Assembly: GCF_006345805.1 (NCBI RefSeq)
Contig: NC_043011.1
Location: forward strand, 53,332,464-53,396,463
Length of the DNA: 64,000 nt
Direction of reading: 5' to 3'
From: Octopus sinensis
Taxonomy: Eukaryota
Shown piece by piece: positions 13,698-27,638 of the stretch. The translations under genes were made by a program, and so were the position numbers. Numbering within the stretch: position 1 is the stretch's first letter; every line of letters starts with the position of its first letter. A model generated the notes under the pieces. It saw only the letters and a program-made list of their open reading frames with translations, was not told where the DNA came from and made no database searches.

Positions 13698-14095
13698 TAT
13701 ATAATACATACATACATTAAATACACAACACATATATATACATATATACACATAAATACATACATATATATGTGTGTGCGTGCATGTGTGTGTATATATA
13801 TAATAGAACCGAGAAACAATGACCAGTTAAGCTGAAATACTGAAATACAAAAATTGTAGAAAAAAACATGGAACAATACTAAATTATTTACATCTTCATT
13901 TTTTGCTAATTCAGTCCTTCTGATATCAACCCACCTGTTTTAACAGTTAAATCAGCTATATCTGGCCTAAAATATTCTACCAATGTTATGTTCAAACTGG
14001 CCAGAAATGGCTTCTCACATCCAGCTTACAATATCATTCTAAAAGTAAACCATCACATCATTGAAATCTTGAAGCTATGAGATAATGCAAGATTA

Positions 14096-14607
14096 CCATA
14101 AATCTTTGAGTATAGTCCGCCCTTGAGTATAATACGCAGGGGATTTTTAGGAGGCTGTACCTCTGGAAAACCTAAACCTTGTGTATAATACGCACCCCTT
14201 CACTAACTTGAGTCAAGGAGGTCTATATAACGTCCTTGGTTTGTAAAAATGTATACGGTACCGACCTTTATTATTATTGTATATATAACATAATGCAAAC
14301 GTGTAGCTTTTTTGTGCATTTTGTTTGCAGAAAATAAAGAAATAACAGTAATAATGTTTAATAAATGTTGCTTACTGCAAGTTATGGATGATTCTTTTAT
14401 GACTTCATTGCTTTCAGGCTTAGCTTAAGGTATTTTCGCACCCGACATCACAAAATGCGTCTGAATAAACATTGCCAGACAGCAAATAGAGACTTGGACA
14501 TTGCTTAGAAAATATTTTACATTTTTAACCTCGTATATAGTATGCACTAGGGATTTTGACCTTTAAATTTTGGGAAAGAAATGCGGATTATACTCGAGGA
14601 TTTACGG
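14096..14607. mobile_element. Non-autonomous pogo/Tc2-like element
   Basis: Imperfect about 25-bp TIRs (CCATAAATCTTTGAGTATAGTCCGC / GCGGATTATACTCGAGGATTTACGG) with TA on both sides. The interrupted host repeat is contiguous in the copy near 53580-53650. Confidence 0.8.
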
Positions 14608-15246
14608 TAATTCAAAATAATGTGAATAAAGAATCATAACATTTGACAGAACAACTTGAATGTTAAAAGGTTATAGTAATCTAAATTAAATCATGTTCCA
14701 ACCAAAGGATTAATAATGATTTCAAATTTTGGCAGAGAGCAATTTTGTGGGAGAAGATAAATTGATTACATCAACCCCTGTATTCAACTGGTACTTTTTT
14801 TATCAACCCTGTAAGGATGAAAGGCAAAGGTGACATTGGTAGAATTTGAAATCAGAATGTAGAGACAGACAAAATGCCACTAGACTAGTGATTCTGCCAG
14901 ATCACCATTTTAATCACCGGATTAATAATGATGAAGCTATTTTATTAAATCCTTCATTATTTCCATATTTAATTGAAACAAAGACAGTGTCTTTGGCAAT
15001 GAGAGTGTCAGGCATATCAACTCCCAATGTCAAAAATGTTCTCACTGCTAATGGAATATTCTGCTTATTACCATTTACTACTTTTCATACTATTCTATGG
15101 CTTTTTACACACACACACACACACACTTCTATAGCTGAGGCTACTGGTTGAGTAGCCTCAGCCACTCAAATTTCTACTCAAATCATTTCTCAAATTGCCC
15201 TTTACCCTCCTCCTCCTCCTCCACAGATACTCTCTATAGTCTACAC

Positions 15247-15438
15247 CAGGGGGTCTTCAAAGTGGTCAGTATGGACTTCTGGGGGTCAATGGGACTATTC
15301 AAGGGGTTGATAAAGGCACATCTACTTAGTTATTATTATTATTTATTTATTTTCTTACACATGCCTGGGGGTTGATGAGGGGGGGGGGTCAAGGATTCCA
15401 TGAACGGGTTGATGGTCTAAAATGTTTGGAAACCCCTG
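15247..15438. mobile_element. hAT-like MITE
   Basis: TIRs CAGGGGGTCTTCAAA / TTTGGAAACCCCTG. Perfect 8-bp TSD GTCTACAC at 15239-15246 and 15439-15446. Confidence 0.8.
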
Positions 15439-16905
15439 GTCTACACATATCCATGCATGTGTCTGTGTGTTTATGTATACAAGGGTACATGCTTAGTGGC
15501 ATTTCGTTTGTCTTTATACTCTGAGTTCAAATTTCACCAAGGTTGACTTTGCCTTTCATCCGTTCAGGGTCAATAGAATAAGTACAAGTTGAGCACTGAG
15601 GTCAATGTAATTGACTTACCCCCTCCCCTGAAGCCAATCTTGGCAGAATATGAACTCAGAATGTAAAAATGGACAAAATGCTGCCTAGCATTTTGCCTGG
15701 TATGCTAATGATTCTGCCAGCTTGCTGCCTTCTTCAAAGACACAATATTCCCAAGCAAGATCAATGACCTCATTCTACATTATTATTATAACTGTGTCAC
15801 CCTGATATTGTGGATCAAGAGCAGTGGGGTCTCATAGATAAAATTAATAGTAGTACTGTTTCAGAAAATTTTTAGCCATTGTTTTAATATTGTGTAAAAG
15901 GAAACAAACATATAAAAAGAAAATTTATACATAAACTTGATTGGTTCACGTTTTAGCCACTGCCAGGTGGTGTGTTTAATTTGTTCATTGAACACCGCCA
16001 TGAATTCCCCTCTGTTTTTTAAAAATCCCCTGCTAAAATCACCAAATAAGTGGGGAAAATCTGCCCTATTTTTCAGATCCTGGCAGCAACACTGTAGCTG
16101 GATGTAGGATAATAATCTAATTCTACATTTTATCACACACATTCAAGAATATAAACAAGTTTTAAACCACAACACATGTAAAGTCAAAAAGAAACACAAC
16201 CTTTCCCCAGCACACCAGGGTAGCACTGTGTGAAGCACAGTGCTCTATCTCCCTAGCATACAGCTTCCTATCTTGGACACGTGAGCATGCGCACCACAGC
16301 CAAGCACCATGTCACTGGAACTGTGAAGTGCACAATTCTATACAAGGATTTTCGTATCTTTTTCATAAACTATGGGACGGCTACTGACATTAAACTTAAG
16401 GATTATATAATGTACAAGTATATAAAAAGAATTAAAGAAAAAAGGACATATTATATTGAATGTTATATGTATATGGCATGGATATATATATCTCCATGCC
16501 AACATGGAAGGCAGACATTAAACCATGATGATGATGAAGGTATGTTGGTGCAAACATGAAAAAGAGAACTCAAAATATGAGTACATGTATATTTTTATTA
16601 ATATTTAGCAGAAGCAACAGAGTGACTCAAGGCCCAAGAGTTCCATGTGTTGGCACTTACACTCACACCACACACACTCACACATACACCCATGTACATA
16701 CATTAACTCTACATGTTTTCATCAGAAATATGTATTGCATTGTGAGCTTTTGTGCTATGTATGCATGTGTGTGTGTGTGTATGTTTTGTGTTTGTATATG
16801 TGTGTGTGATGCTAGCATGGAAAGTGGATGCTAAACAATGATGATGATGATGATATATATAATATATATATATACACACGGCCTCCGTGCTTTGGGGACG
16901 TAACA

Positions 16906-17280
16906 AACACCATCCGATCGTGGCCGTCCGCCAGCCTCATCTGGCACCTGTGTCGGTGGCACATAAAAACACCATCCGAGCGTGGCCGTTCGCCAGCCTC
17001 GTCTGGCACCTGTGTCGGTGGCACATAAAAACACCATCCGAGCGTGGCCGTCTGCCAGCCTCGTCTGGCACCTGTGTCGGTGGCACATAAAAACACCATC
17101 CGATCGTGGCCGTCCGCCAGCCTCATCTGGCACCTGTGTCGGTGGCACATAAAAACACCATCCGAGCGTGGCCGTCTGCCAGCCTCGTCTGGCACCTGTG
17201 TCGGTGGCACATAAAAACACCATCCGAGCGTGGCCGTTCGCCAGCCTCGTCTGGCACCTGTGTCGGTGGCACATAAAATC
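16906..17280. repeat. 62-bp minisatellite, 6 copies, inside a family C element
   Basis: TGGCCG recurs at 16921, 16983, 17045, 17107, 17169 and 17231. Confidence 0.95.
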
Positions 17281-18019
17281 ACCCACTACACTCTCGGAGT
17301 GGTTGGCGTTAGGAAGGGCATCCAGCTGTAGAAACACTGCCAGATCTGATTGGCCTGGTGCAGCCTTCGGGCTCCCCAGACCCCAGTTGAACCGTCCAAC
17401 CCATGCTAGCATGGAAAGCGGACGTTAAATGATGATGATGATGATGATGACACATACATACACACTCACACACACACATATGCATTTGAAAGTATGCATT
17501 GTCTAATTAGTGTGTATGTATATTGTTATCTTTCTATCTATATGTATGTGTGTGTTGTGTGTGTGTGTGTGTGCATACATGTGTGTGTGTTTATGTATAT
17601 AGATATACATGTGTTTATATATATAAACATGCACACCACACATACAAATGAAAATTTGTTGTTTTGGTTAACTAGTGTGTGTTCACTCCCCCCCCCGCCA
17701 CCACCAATGTATATGTATATATATATATACACGCATACACATACTTACAGTCCTATCCCTTACTTCATTCACCAACCATGACCCACCCAACAGTCAACCA
17801 TATCACCATTCCACCATACCACCGTACCACCATACCACCATACCACCATACCACATGCCATTTTCTCCATCAATCCATCAATCTACCTGAAGTTTCAACA
17901 AAGGAAAACCAAGAAAAACCACAATTCTTCATTACTTTATCTTCTCAACTTACCAATTTTACCATTGTCCTTTTTTCACTTTCTTCATCATTCCACCCAA
18001 CCCCTCGTCCCCCTTCTAT

Positions 18020-18021
18020 AC

Positions 18022-18061
<40 letters not shown>

Positions 18062-18116
18062 ATCTCTCTATCTCTCTATCTCTCTATCTCTATCTATCTG
18101 TCTGTCTTTCTATCTA

Positions 18117-18171
<55 letters not shown>

Positions 18172-18216
18172 CTCTCTCTATCTCTATCTCTATCTATCTG
18201 TCTATCTTTCTATCTA

Positions 18217-18287
<71 letters not shown>

Positions 18288-18319
18288 CTATCGATCTATC
18301 TATCTATCTATTTATCTAT

Positions 18320-18355
<36 letters not shown>

Positions 18356-18406
18356 GTATCTATCTATCTGTCTATCTATCTATCTACCTACCTACCTACC
18401 TATCTA

Positions 18407-18458
<52 letters not shown>

Positions 18459-18585
18459 CCTACCTACCTACCTACCTACCTACCTATCTATCTCTATCGA
18501 TCTATCTATCTATCTATCTATCTATCCATCTATCTATCTATCTACCTACCTACCTACCTACCTACCTACCTATCTATCTCTATCG

Positions 18586-18648
<63 letters not shown>

Positions 18649-18740
18649 CATCTATCTATCTATCTATCTACCTACCTACCTACCTACCTACCTATCTATC
18701 TCTATCGATCTATCTATCTATCTATCTATCTACCTACCTA
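18020..18740. repeat. Long compound (TCTA)n/(TCTG)n/(CCTA)n microsatellite
   Basis: Direct reading. It explains the 386-aa and 347-aa 'IYLS' ORFs. Confidence 0.97.
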
Positions 18741-19789
18741 TCTATCTCCGTCTCTCTCTCACCCTATTTCATTCTCCTTCATTCAAAATCTCTACATTTT
18801 TCCTTTACACCATTTTCCCAGCTACTTTATTCCTATTAAGCATCTCTTTCTTTCATTCTTGATTTCCTGCTTTCATCTTCCATTATATAATTTCTCTTTT
18901 GCAATTTTCATTATTTTCCGGTTTCCATTCTCATTTCGTTTTCTCTCCTCCCACTTTCTAAATATTTTCTTGTTGTTCCTCATATCCAACCACCAATCTT
19001 TTAGGTGATGATTTTTTTTTTGTTGTATGTGTGTGTGTATACTTCTTTTTCCATTTTATTTCATAGCTTTTTCTTTGTTTTTTTTAACCATTCCATGTTC
19101 TCTTCTTTTACGATTATTACACCAAACCATAACACTATTTAAACAGACACTTTCTCAGAAAACGCTAACTCTGTTTCTTGTGTTATTCCATCTTATTCAT
19201 TTCTTTTTGTTTTCTATCCAATTTTATTCTGTTTTCTTTCTTTTTTTCTTTTTCTTTTTTGTCTTTTTGCTATGTTTAATTGCAGCTTCTGATAATTCTA
19301 AAGGAACAATAATTTCCTGTCTCCAAAGATTAAGTATTTTAGAGGTTGTCTGCTTAATCTATTATATAAGTATTGAAATAAACCTCTTTATTTTTCGTTG
19401 CTCAATTGTGAAATGAAACAATTGCAGAAGGAAATATGAAGAGGTTTAGAATTGAAGGGTTTCACCAAAATGCTTAGCTTAAGATGGATTATAAAAGACG
19501 CCGTAACAACAACGAAAATAATAACTATATTAAATGAAGTAAGAGAGAAAGAGAAAGAGAGAGAGAGAGAGAGGAAAAGAAAGGAACAAAGAAAGAAACA
19601 AAAATAATGTAAGATATTTTTCAGACAATCAATGTTCACTAAGAAAACATGGTGTGTTTTTGTTGTTGGTTTCTTTTTTTTTTTTTTTGGATTTTGTGTT
19701 TGTTATTTTTGTTTTTTATTTATTGGTTTCGGCTTCGTTTGTTATTCTTGAGAATTACCCTTTCTTGAGTATATGTAGCATGTGCATGT

Positions 19790-19834
<45 letters not shown>

Positions 19835-19893
19835 TATATGTGTTTGTATATGTGTTTGTGTGTGTCTATTTATCTCTCTATCTATCATCTATC

Positions 19894-19933
<40 letters not shown>

Positions 19934-19955
19934 GTCTATCTATCTATCTTTCTTC

Positions 19956-20028
<73 letters not shown>

Positions 20029-20758
20029 AGTCTGTCTGTCTTTCTATCTGTATTTATACACACACTTACACACACTCAAGCACACACACATATATACAAA
20101 AACATAATTATATGTAATTATTTTCATATGCAATTGCATGTGAGTGTGTGTATATGTATGGGCTTGAATATATATATATACATGCACACTACATACGTAC
20201 ATACATGCACACACACACGCATGCTGAAAAAGCTGCTTATCAATTTGATCGCAGATAATGTTATCAAAACTTTGGGTATTGTTATCTAAATTTTTAGGTA
20301 AATCTGTACACCACCATTAATAATCACAAGAGAGATTGAAAGAAAAGTGCCATTTGCAACAGAGACATGGAATGGTGATGATGATGGAATTCTCTTGTAA
20401 TGGTAACAGTGGTGGTGGTGGTGGTGGTGGTGGTGGTGACGGCGGCAGCGGTAGTGGTGATGGCAGTGGCGGCAATGATAGTGGCGGTAACAGTGGTGGT
20501 GGTGGGGATGATGGGGTTGGTGTTGGTGGTGGTGGTTGTGGAATCCTATGTTTGTGTTTGGAGTGGAGATACTTGTGAATTGAAATTGGTCAGTAATAGG
20601 TGTAGGAATCGCTGTGTTGTCAAGAGGCTCGCTTTGCGACCATGAGTTTCAGGTTCTGTCCCATGGTGTGACAACATCAAGAATTGTCTTCTACTATAGC
20701 CCCAGGCCAATCAATGCCTTGTGAGTAATAGACAAAAGCAATGTGGAAATCTATTGTA

Positions 20759-20795
<37 letters not shown>

Positions 20796-21678
20796 CATGT
20801 AAGTATGCGTGTATGTTTTCTGTTTGTGTTTGTCCCACCCATGGGTACACATGGAAGACGGACACTAAATAATGATGATGGTACACACACACGTGAGTGC
20901 ATGCATGTGTGTGTATTTGTATGTGATTGTGTTTGTGTGTGTGTGTGTGTGTATTATGCATATATGTCAAGCTAAGTGCACTGTAAATTGTTCTAATCCT
21001 GCACAACACTCTTGGTCAAATAAACCCAACAACTGATATAGGAATCAGGGTGTCCTCTGGTTCAGCCCGACTTTCAGTTCGTATGTTTCAGCCATGATCA
21101 CTGGAAAATTTTTTGGCACTTTGGACAAATGTTTTCCTAAATCTAATTGATATCATGCTATTTTTAATTGGCACACTGTGAAGGTAACCTACGCTAACTC
21201 TGCTAATTTAGAGCAGCTTATGCACCGCATAAACAATAGTAAAATGCAACAAAGGTTCAGTAATTACCTACTAGATCTATTGAACATATGCATCTAAATG
21301 AAAAACACTAATTAAGGCCAAATTGTTATAGTAGAGTGTTACAAGCAGTTGGGTTATTATGTCACATGTGAATATGAGTTTTTGTTGTGTGTATATATGT
21401 GTGTGTGTGTGTATCTAGATATATTTCTTTACTGCCCACAAAGGGCTAAACATAGAGAGGACCGGACAAACAAGGACAGACAAAGGGATTAAGTCGATTA
21501 CAACGACCCCAGTGTGTAACTGGTACTTTATTTATCGACCCCGAAAGGATGAAAGGCAAAGTCGACCTCGGCAGAATTTGAACTCAGAACATAACAGTGA
21601 ACGAAATACGGCTACGCATTTCGCCCGGCGCGCTAGCGTTTCTGCCAGCTTGCCGCCTTCAGTGTGTATCTATATATA

Positions 21679-22850
21679 CAGGGTGCATAAGGTATTTGAG
21701 GACATAACTTTTTTGGGTCATTGCTGGATTTTTTTTGCTCACTCTGTATAATCTTTGTTTCAGAAAATAATAATGGCAGACCCTCAGCTTACTCAAGAAA
21801 TGAAGAGGCATGCTGTTATTGTGGTTTTGAAGGCTGTGCATAGTGATTTAGAAATATCTCAATTATTAAAAGTTACCAGGTCTTTCATCTACAAATTTTG
21901 TAAGGAGCTAGAGACTGAAGATGGAAATGTATCACCAGTATCAAAGCATAAAAAGCATTCTAAACATTCCGAAATCATCAGAACACCTGAATTTATCCTG
22001 CAAGTTCAACAGACCATTGATTACAATCCCAGAAAGTCCATGAGGTCAATTGCAAAATATCTCCATGTGTCAGAAGGAACAGTCAGAAATGTTGTCCACA
22101 AAAACATCAGATATAGTCTTAAATGATGAGGAAAGGTCAATTTGTCAGAAAAAGCAAAAGAATTTCACTGCATCAGATTTAAAAGGCTCTTAAACAAGCT
22201 GAAAAATCCATCAGAAGATTAAATTTGGTTTTTCTCAAGCAAGAAAAACTTTGACCAAGATCAAAAGTTAACAGAAGAAATGACAGATGGTTATGTGCAG
22301 ACTCTTTTGAAGTTCCATACAAAATTTCCTGCAACTGTAATGGTTTTAGGGGTTGTTAGGACATGTGATGCCTCCATACTTCTTTCCACAAGGCCTTAGA
22401 GTTAACTCTGCCACCTACATTGATATTCTGGAAATAATTGTTAAGCCTTAGATAAACAGTGTATGCCATGGAAGGCCATATGTGTGTCAGTAAGACTCTG
22501 CTCTATCACACATGGCTCTAGTAACACAAGTATTGATGGCTGAAAATTTTCATGATCACATAACCCCTAACATTTGGCCTCCTAATTCCCCAGATCTCAA
22601 TCCATTGGACTATGCCCATTAACACCAAAGATTCTTTGAAAGCTGCCATAGTCAGAGTAATGTCCAAAATGAACCAGGACCACTTGATTCAAGCACAAGA
22701 GAAGATTTAGATCTCGTATAGAAGCATTTGTTGAAGCTGAAGGTGGCTTTATTGAATAACATTATAGAAAAGGTTTATTCTTATCCTCATAGCAATTTTT
22801 GATAAGTAAAGTTATTATGTGTTATTATATATCTGTTTTTTTTATAAGCA
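21679..22850 (+). mobile_element. Decayed Tc1/mariner DD37D (maT-type) transposon, 3' end truncated
   Basis: TA then CAGGGTGCAT terminus. HTH-type N-terminal ORF 21755-22126. Catalytic tail QxD-37aa-D ending WPPNSPDLNPLDY at about 22575-22613. Stops and frameshifts are present. Confidence 0.85.
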
Positions 22851-23141
22851 TAAGGGCCGGTTTCCCGGTTTCCTTGGCGTATAGGTTCCCTACCTGAACA
22901 GGACGCCGGTCCATCACAGGCGAGCTGCAAGATGCAGGAGGAAAGAGTGAGAGAAAGTTGTGGCGAAAGATTCAGCAGAAGTTCACCATTACCTTCTGCC
23001 AGAGCCGCGTGGAACTTGGGTGTTTCGCTCATAAACACACACATCGCCCGGTCAGAGATTCAAACCCATGATCCCTCGACAGCGAGTCCACTGCTCTAGC
23101 CACTAGGCCATGTGCCTCCACACACACATATGTCTGTGTGT

Positions 23142-23187
<46 letters not shown>

Positions 23188-23306
23188 ATAATATATATAT
23201 TATATATTTATACATACATATACATATATGTACACCGGAGTAAACACATAAATGTGAAACAAGGTGGAAAAAAAGAGTACTCAAATACCAGTGGTAGAGT
23301 AAAAAA

Positions 23307-23344
23307 CTGTCCGATGAACGGCAACATGAAACTCAGAGTAACAG
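23307..23344 (+). ncRNA. Degenerate type I hammerhead motif
   Basis: CTGT / CCGATGA (U4C change) / ACGGCAACAT (helix II poorly paired) / GAA / ACTC-a-GAGT / A / ACAG. Helices I and III pair, but the core is mutated. Confidence 0.4.
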
Positions 23345-23386
23345 GTTTGTAGATTTTCTGCTGCTTTAAATAAAGTATATATGTAT

Positions 23387-23428
<42 letters not shown>

Positions 23429-24131
23429 ATATATATATAAATATAAACTTATGTTGAGAGAGAGACAGAGAGACTGCCACATACATAAACCCTTGTACAC
23501 ACACATGCATCATGTGTATATATGTTTTACGTTTAAAACGGTGTGTCTATAATGCAAAATGTATTGCCATGATAAACGATAATATGCATGTATATATGTT
23601 TTCTATGTGCAAGATCATGTGCACATGAATACAGGTGTGGTTTGATTGATGTATACGAATATGTAAAACTAGGTGAGTTTATAGGTCTTGCTATACATAT
23701 GTATGCTTAGAAACACCTATGAGTATGTGCATCTGTCTATATATATGCACATAAGTTTGTGTATTCATGTGTGTATGTGTGTGTGTGTCTATGATGGTGT
23801 GTGTATATGTATGTATGCCTGTATACATATATATATATATATGTATACAGACATACATATATATATGCATACACACATACATACATACATACATACACAT
23901 ATATATATATATGTGTATGTATGGGGGGATGCATATATAAATATATGCACACTGCACACCTTCATATTTATTTACAAGCATTTATATGTGTGAATACACA
24001 CATATATAGAGTATGTGTGTGTGTGCATATGCATACACAAACAAACAAACACACACATATACGTATATATTCTTATATATATGCATGCATATATATGTAA
24101 ATATATGCATATATGTATATAAGTATACAAC

Positions 24132-24163
<32 letters not shown>

Positions 24164-24174
24164 TATATACTTAT

Positions 24175-24218
<44 letters not shown>

Positions 24219-24303
24219 ATACTTATATCTATATATGTATGTAAATGTATATATATATATATATATATATATATTGTATACTTATATCTATATATGTATG
24301 TAA

Positions 24304-24342
<39 letters not shown>

Positions 24343-25045
24343 TACTTATATGTGTATATAATATATATATATATATATATACACATATATACTATATGTG
24401 TATATATATATATATATATCTATCTATAGAATAGATAGATAGATATGTTTTGTGAGGTGGTGTGGGTGTCGGTGGGTGAGGGTATGTGTGCATATGCATA
24501 AAGTAGGTGATAATTATAAAGAACTATGCTGAATTAAGTGGAATAACTAATAAGTTGTATCGTTATTTCATGAATTGGTAACTGATTAAACGGTTGACTT
24601 TTGCCTAGTTTAAAGTCTTATTATTAATGGCTGGCTCCACATAGAGCGAAAAAGGGAGAGAGAGAGAGAGAGAGACAGAGACAGAGAGAGAGAGAGAGAG
24701 AGACAGGGAATGAGAGATTATATGTGGAAAGTTATTGCATCACCACCACCACCACCACCACCAAAAGCAACAATAACAATAACAACTACAATAACAACAA
24801 CAACAGTAGGAGAAAAAGCGATCAGTTTTTACTTTTTCAAAAAGTATTGATTTCACTGGAACTGGCAGTGAGAAGGCTTCCATTTTGGCATCGGCGTTTC
24901 CACAATTAAATCAATTAAAGATAGAGTTTGATTTGGAACCAATATTCATCTAAGAGGGAAATCAATTCCTCCAAATCTCCAAATTCCTTCGAATAACGAA
25001 GGTATTCGTGAGCCGTGCTATTAACTCTCCAGGTTTCTCTCTCTC

Positions 25046-25076
<31 letters not shown>

Positions 25077-25567
25077 TGCTCTCTTTCTCATTTTTTTCTT
25101 TTCTAGTCTTTGTTCCTTGTTCCTTTCTTTCTTGCTCTCTTTTCTGCCAGTCGATTTTTCTTTCCCTTTCACTCTCTCTCTCTCTTTATTACTGTCTCTC
25201 TCTCTCTTTATTACAGTTTCTCTCTCTCTTTTTATTATTGTCTCTCTCTCTCTCTCTTTATTACCATCTCTCTCTCTCTTTCTCTCTCTCACGTTTTCTG
25301 TCTCTCTCACTCTCACTCATTCTCTCTATATCATTCTCTCTTTCTGCCTTCCTTTCTTTCTCTCTCTCTCACTCTTTCTCTCTATCTCCTTCTCTCTCAC
25401 TTTCTCTCTTCCTTCCTTCCTTCCTTTCTTTCATTTTCTTACTTTCTCTTACTCTCTTGCACTCTTTTTTCTTCCCCCCATTCTCTCTCTCTATCTCTCT
25501 CTTGCTGTGTCTTTATCTCTTTCTTACTCTCTTTCTCTATCTGACTCTCTGTCATTATCTCTCTCTC

Positions 25568-25620
<53 letters not shown>

Positions 25621-26364
25621 CTTATTCCTCTGCCTGTCCCTCTCATATATTAATGGTCCAAAATGGTGACTTATGCTAGTTTATTCGTGTTTTATTACGT
25701 GTGTGTGTGTGTGTGTGTGTATGAGTGTTTGCATGTGTGTTTGTGCTTGTGTTTGTGTGTGTGTATAACTGTCAAATGTACGAATGCATGTTTGTGTATA
25801 CGTGTCCACGTTAAATATTATTATTTAAATATTATTTTACTTCGATAGGCAAAAACAAAACAGACCAATTTACAGAGTAAACACATACACATATAATATA
25901 TACACGTATACTCATACTCACATACTCGTACTCACATACACACATACATCACAAAACATGTAAATACTATACCCAATATACGCATATATATATGCATACA
26001 TAGCATGCATATATGTGTATACATATATACATACACATATATTTGTAAACTGTACATATACATACATATGCATACATACATGCACAAAAGTATATGCATA
26101 TAAGCACATGCTTTATATGTATATACATATGTATATGTGTGAGTGTGTATATATATATATATATATATTTATGTGCGTCCGCGTGTGTGTTGTATGTGTC
26201 TATGGTATATGTATATATATGTATATATATATATAATATATATATTATATATAATATATATATATATATATATATTATAAATCCATACATACATATATGT
26301 GTGTGGTGTGTGGGGTGTATATATATATAGATCCTGTCTTTGTCTTTTGTTTTTCTGTAAATTT

Positions 26365-26414
<50 letters not shown>

Positions 26415-26434
26415 TATATAATATATAACATTTA

Positions 26435-27638
26435 CTGGGTGGGTAAGATAATTGACGACAGGTTTATGTTTATAAAAAACCAGATATATAACAGATAATA
26501 ACTTTATTTATCAAAAAATGCTATGAGGATAAAAATAAACCTTCTTTTCTAGAATGTTATTCAATAAAGCCACCTTCAGCTTCAACAAATGCTTCTATAC
26601 GAGATCTAAATCTTCTCTTGTGCTTGAATCAAGTGGTCCTGGTTCATTTGGACATTACTCTGACTATGGCAGCTTTCAAAGAATCTTTGGTGTTAATGGG
26701 TATAGTCCAATGGATTCAGATCTGGGGAATTAGGAGGCCAAATGTTAGGGGTTATGTGATCATGAAAATTTTCAGCCATCAATTCTTGTGTTTCTAGAGC
26801 CATGTGTGATAGTGCAGAGTCTTACTGACACACATATGGCCTTCCATTGCATACACTGTTTATCTAAAGCTTAACAATTATTTCCAGGACTTTAATGCAG
26901 GTGGCAGAGTTAACTCTAAGGCCTTGTGGAAAGAAGTATGGAGGCATCACATGTCCTAACAACCCCTAAAACCATTACAGTTGCAGGAAATTTTGTATGG
27001 AACTTCAAAAGAATCTGCACATAACCATCTGTCATTTCTTCTGTTAACTTTTTGATCTTAGTCAAATTCTTTCTTGTTTGAGAAAAGCCAAATTAAATTT
27101 TCTTCAAGTGGATTTTTCAGTTTGTTTAAGAGCCTTTTAGATCTGATGTAATGATTTTCTTTTGCTTTTTCTGACAAATTGAACTTTCCTCATCATACAA
27201 GACTTATATTTGATGTCTTTGTGGAGAACATTTCTGATAGTTCCTTCTGACAAATGGAGATCTTTTGCAATTGACCTCATGGACTTTCTGGGATTGTAAT
27301 CAATGGTCTGTTGAACTTGCTGGATAAATTCAGGTGTTCTGATGATTTCAGAGCATTTAGAATACTTTTTATGCTTTGATACTGGTGATACATTTCCATC
27401 TTCAGTCTCTAGCTTCTTACAAACTTTGTAGATAAAATATCTGGCAAATTTTAAAAATTGAGATATTTCTAAATCACTATGCTCAGCCTTTATAACCACA
27501 ATAACAGCATGCCTCTTCATTTCTTGAGTAAGCTGAAGGTCTGTGATTATTATTTTCTGAAACAAAGATTATACAGAGTGAGCAAAAAATGCAGCAATGA
27601 CCCAAAAAGTTATGTCCTCAAATACATTATGCACCCTG
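26435..27638 (-). mobile_element. Second copy of the same DD37D transposon, both termini present
   Basis: Reverse-complement homolog of 21679-22850. ORF 27137-27565 matches the N-terminus. Imperfect TIRs are flanked by TA at 26433-26434 and 27639-27640. Confidence 0.85.

Noticed and set aside
16906-17280. CRISPR-like array
   Set aside because: Contiguous units with no unique spacers, embedded in a SINE, no cas genes, eukaryotic context.
17679-19008. 386-aa and 347-aa ORFs
   Set aside because: Translations of the (TCTA)n microsatellite (IYLS repeats), which is stop-free by composition.
21916-21930. CTGAAGATGGAAA
   Set aside because: No room for helix II. It lies in transposase coding sequence, so it is coincidental.
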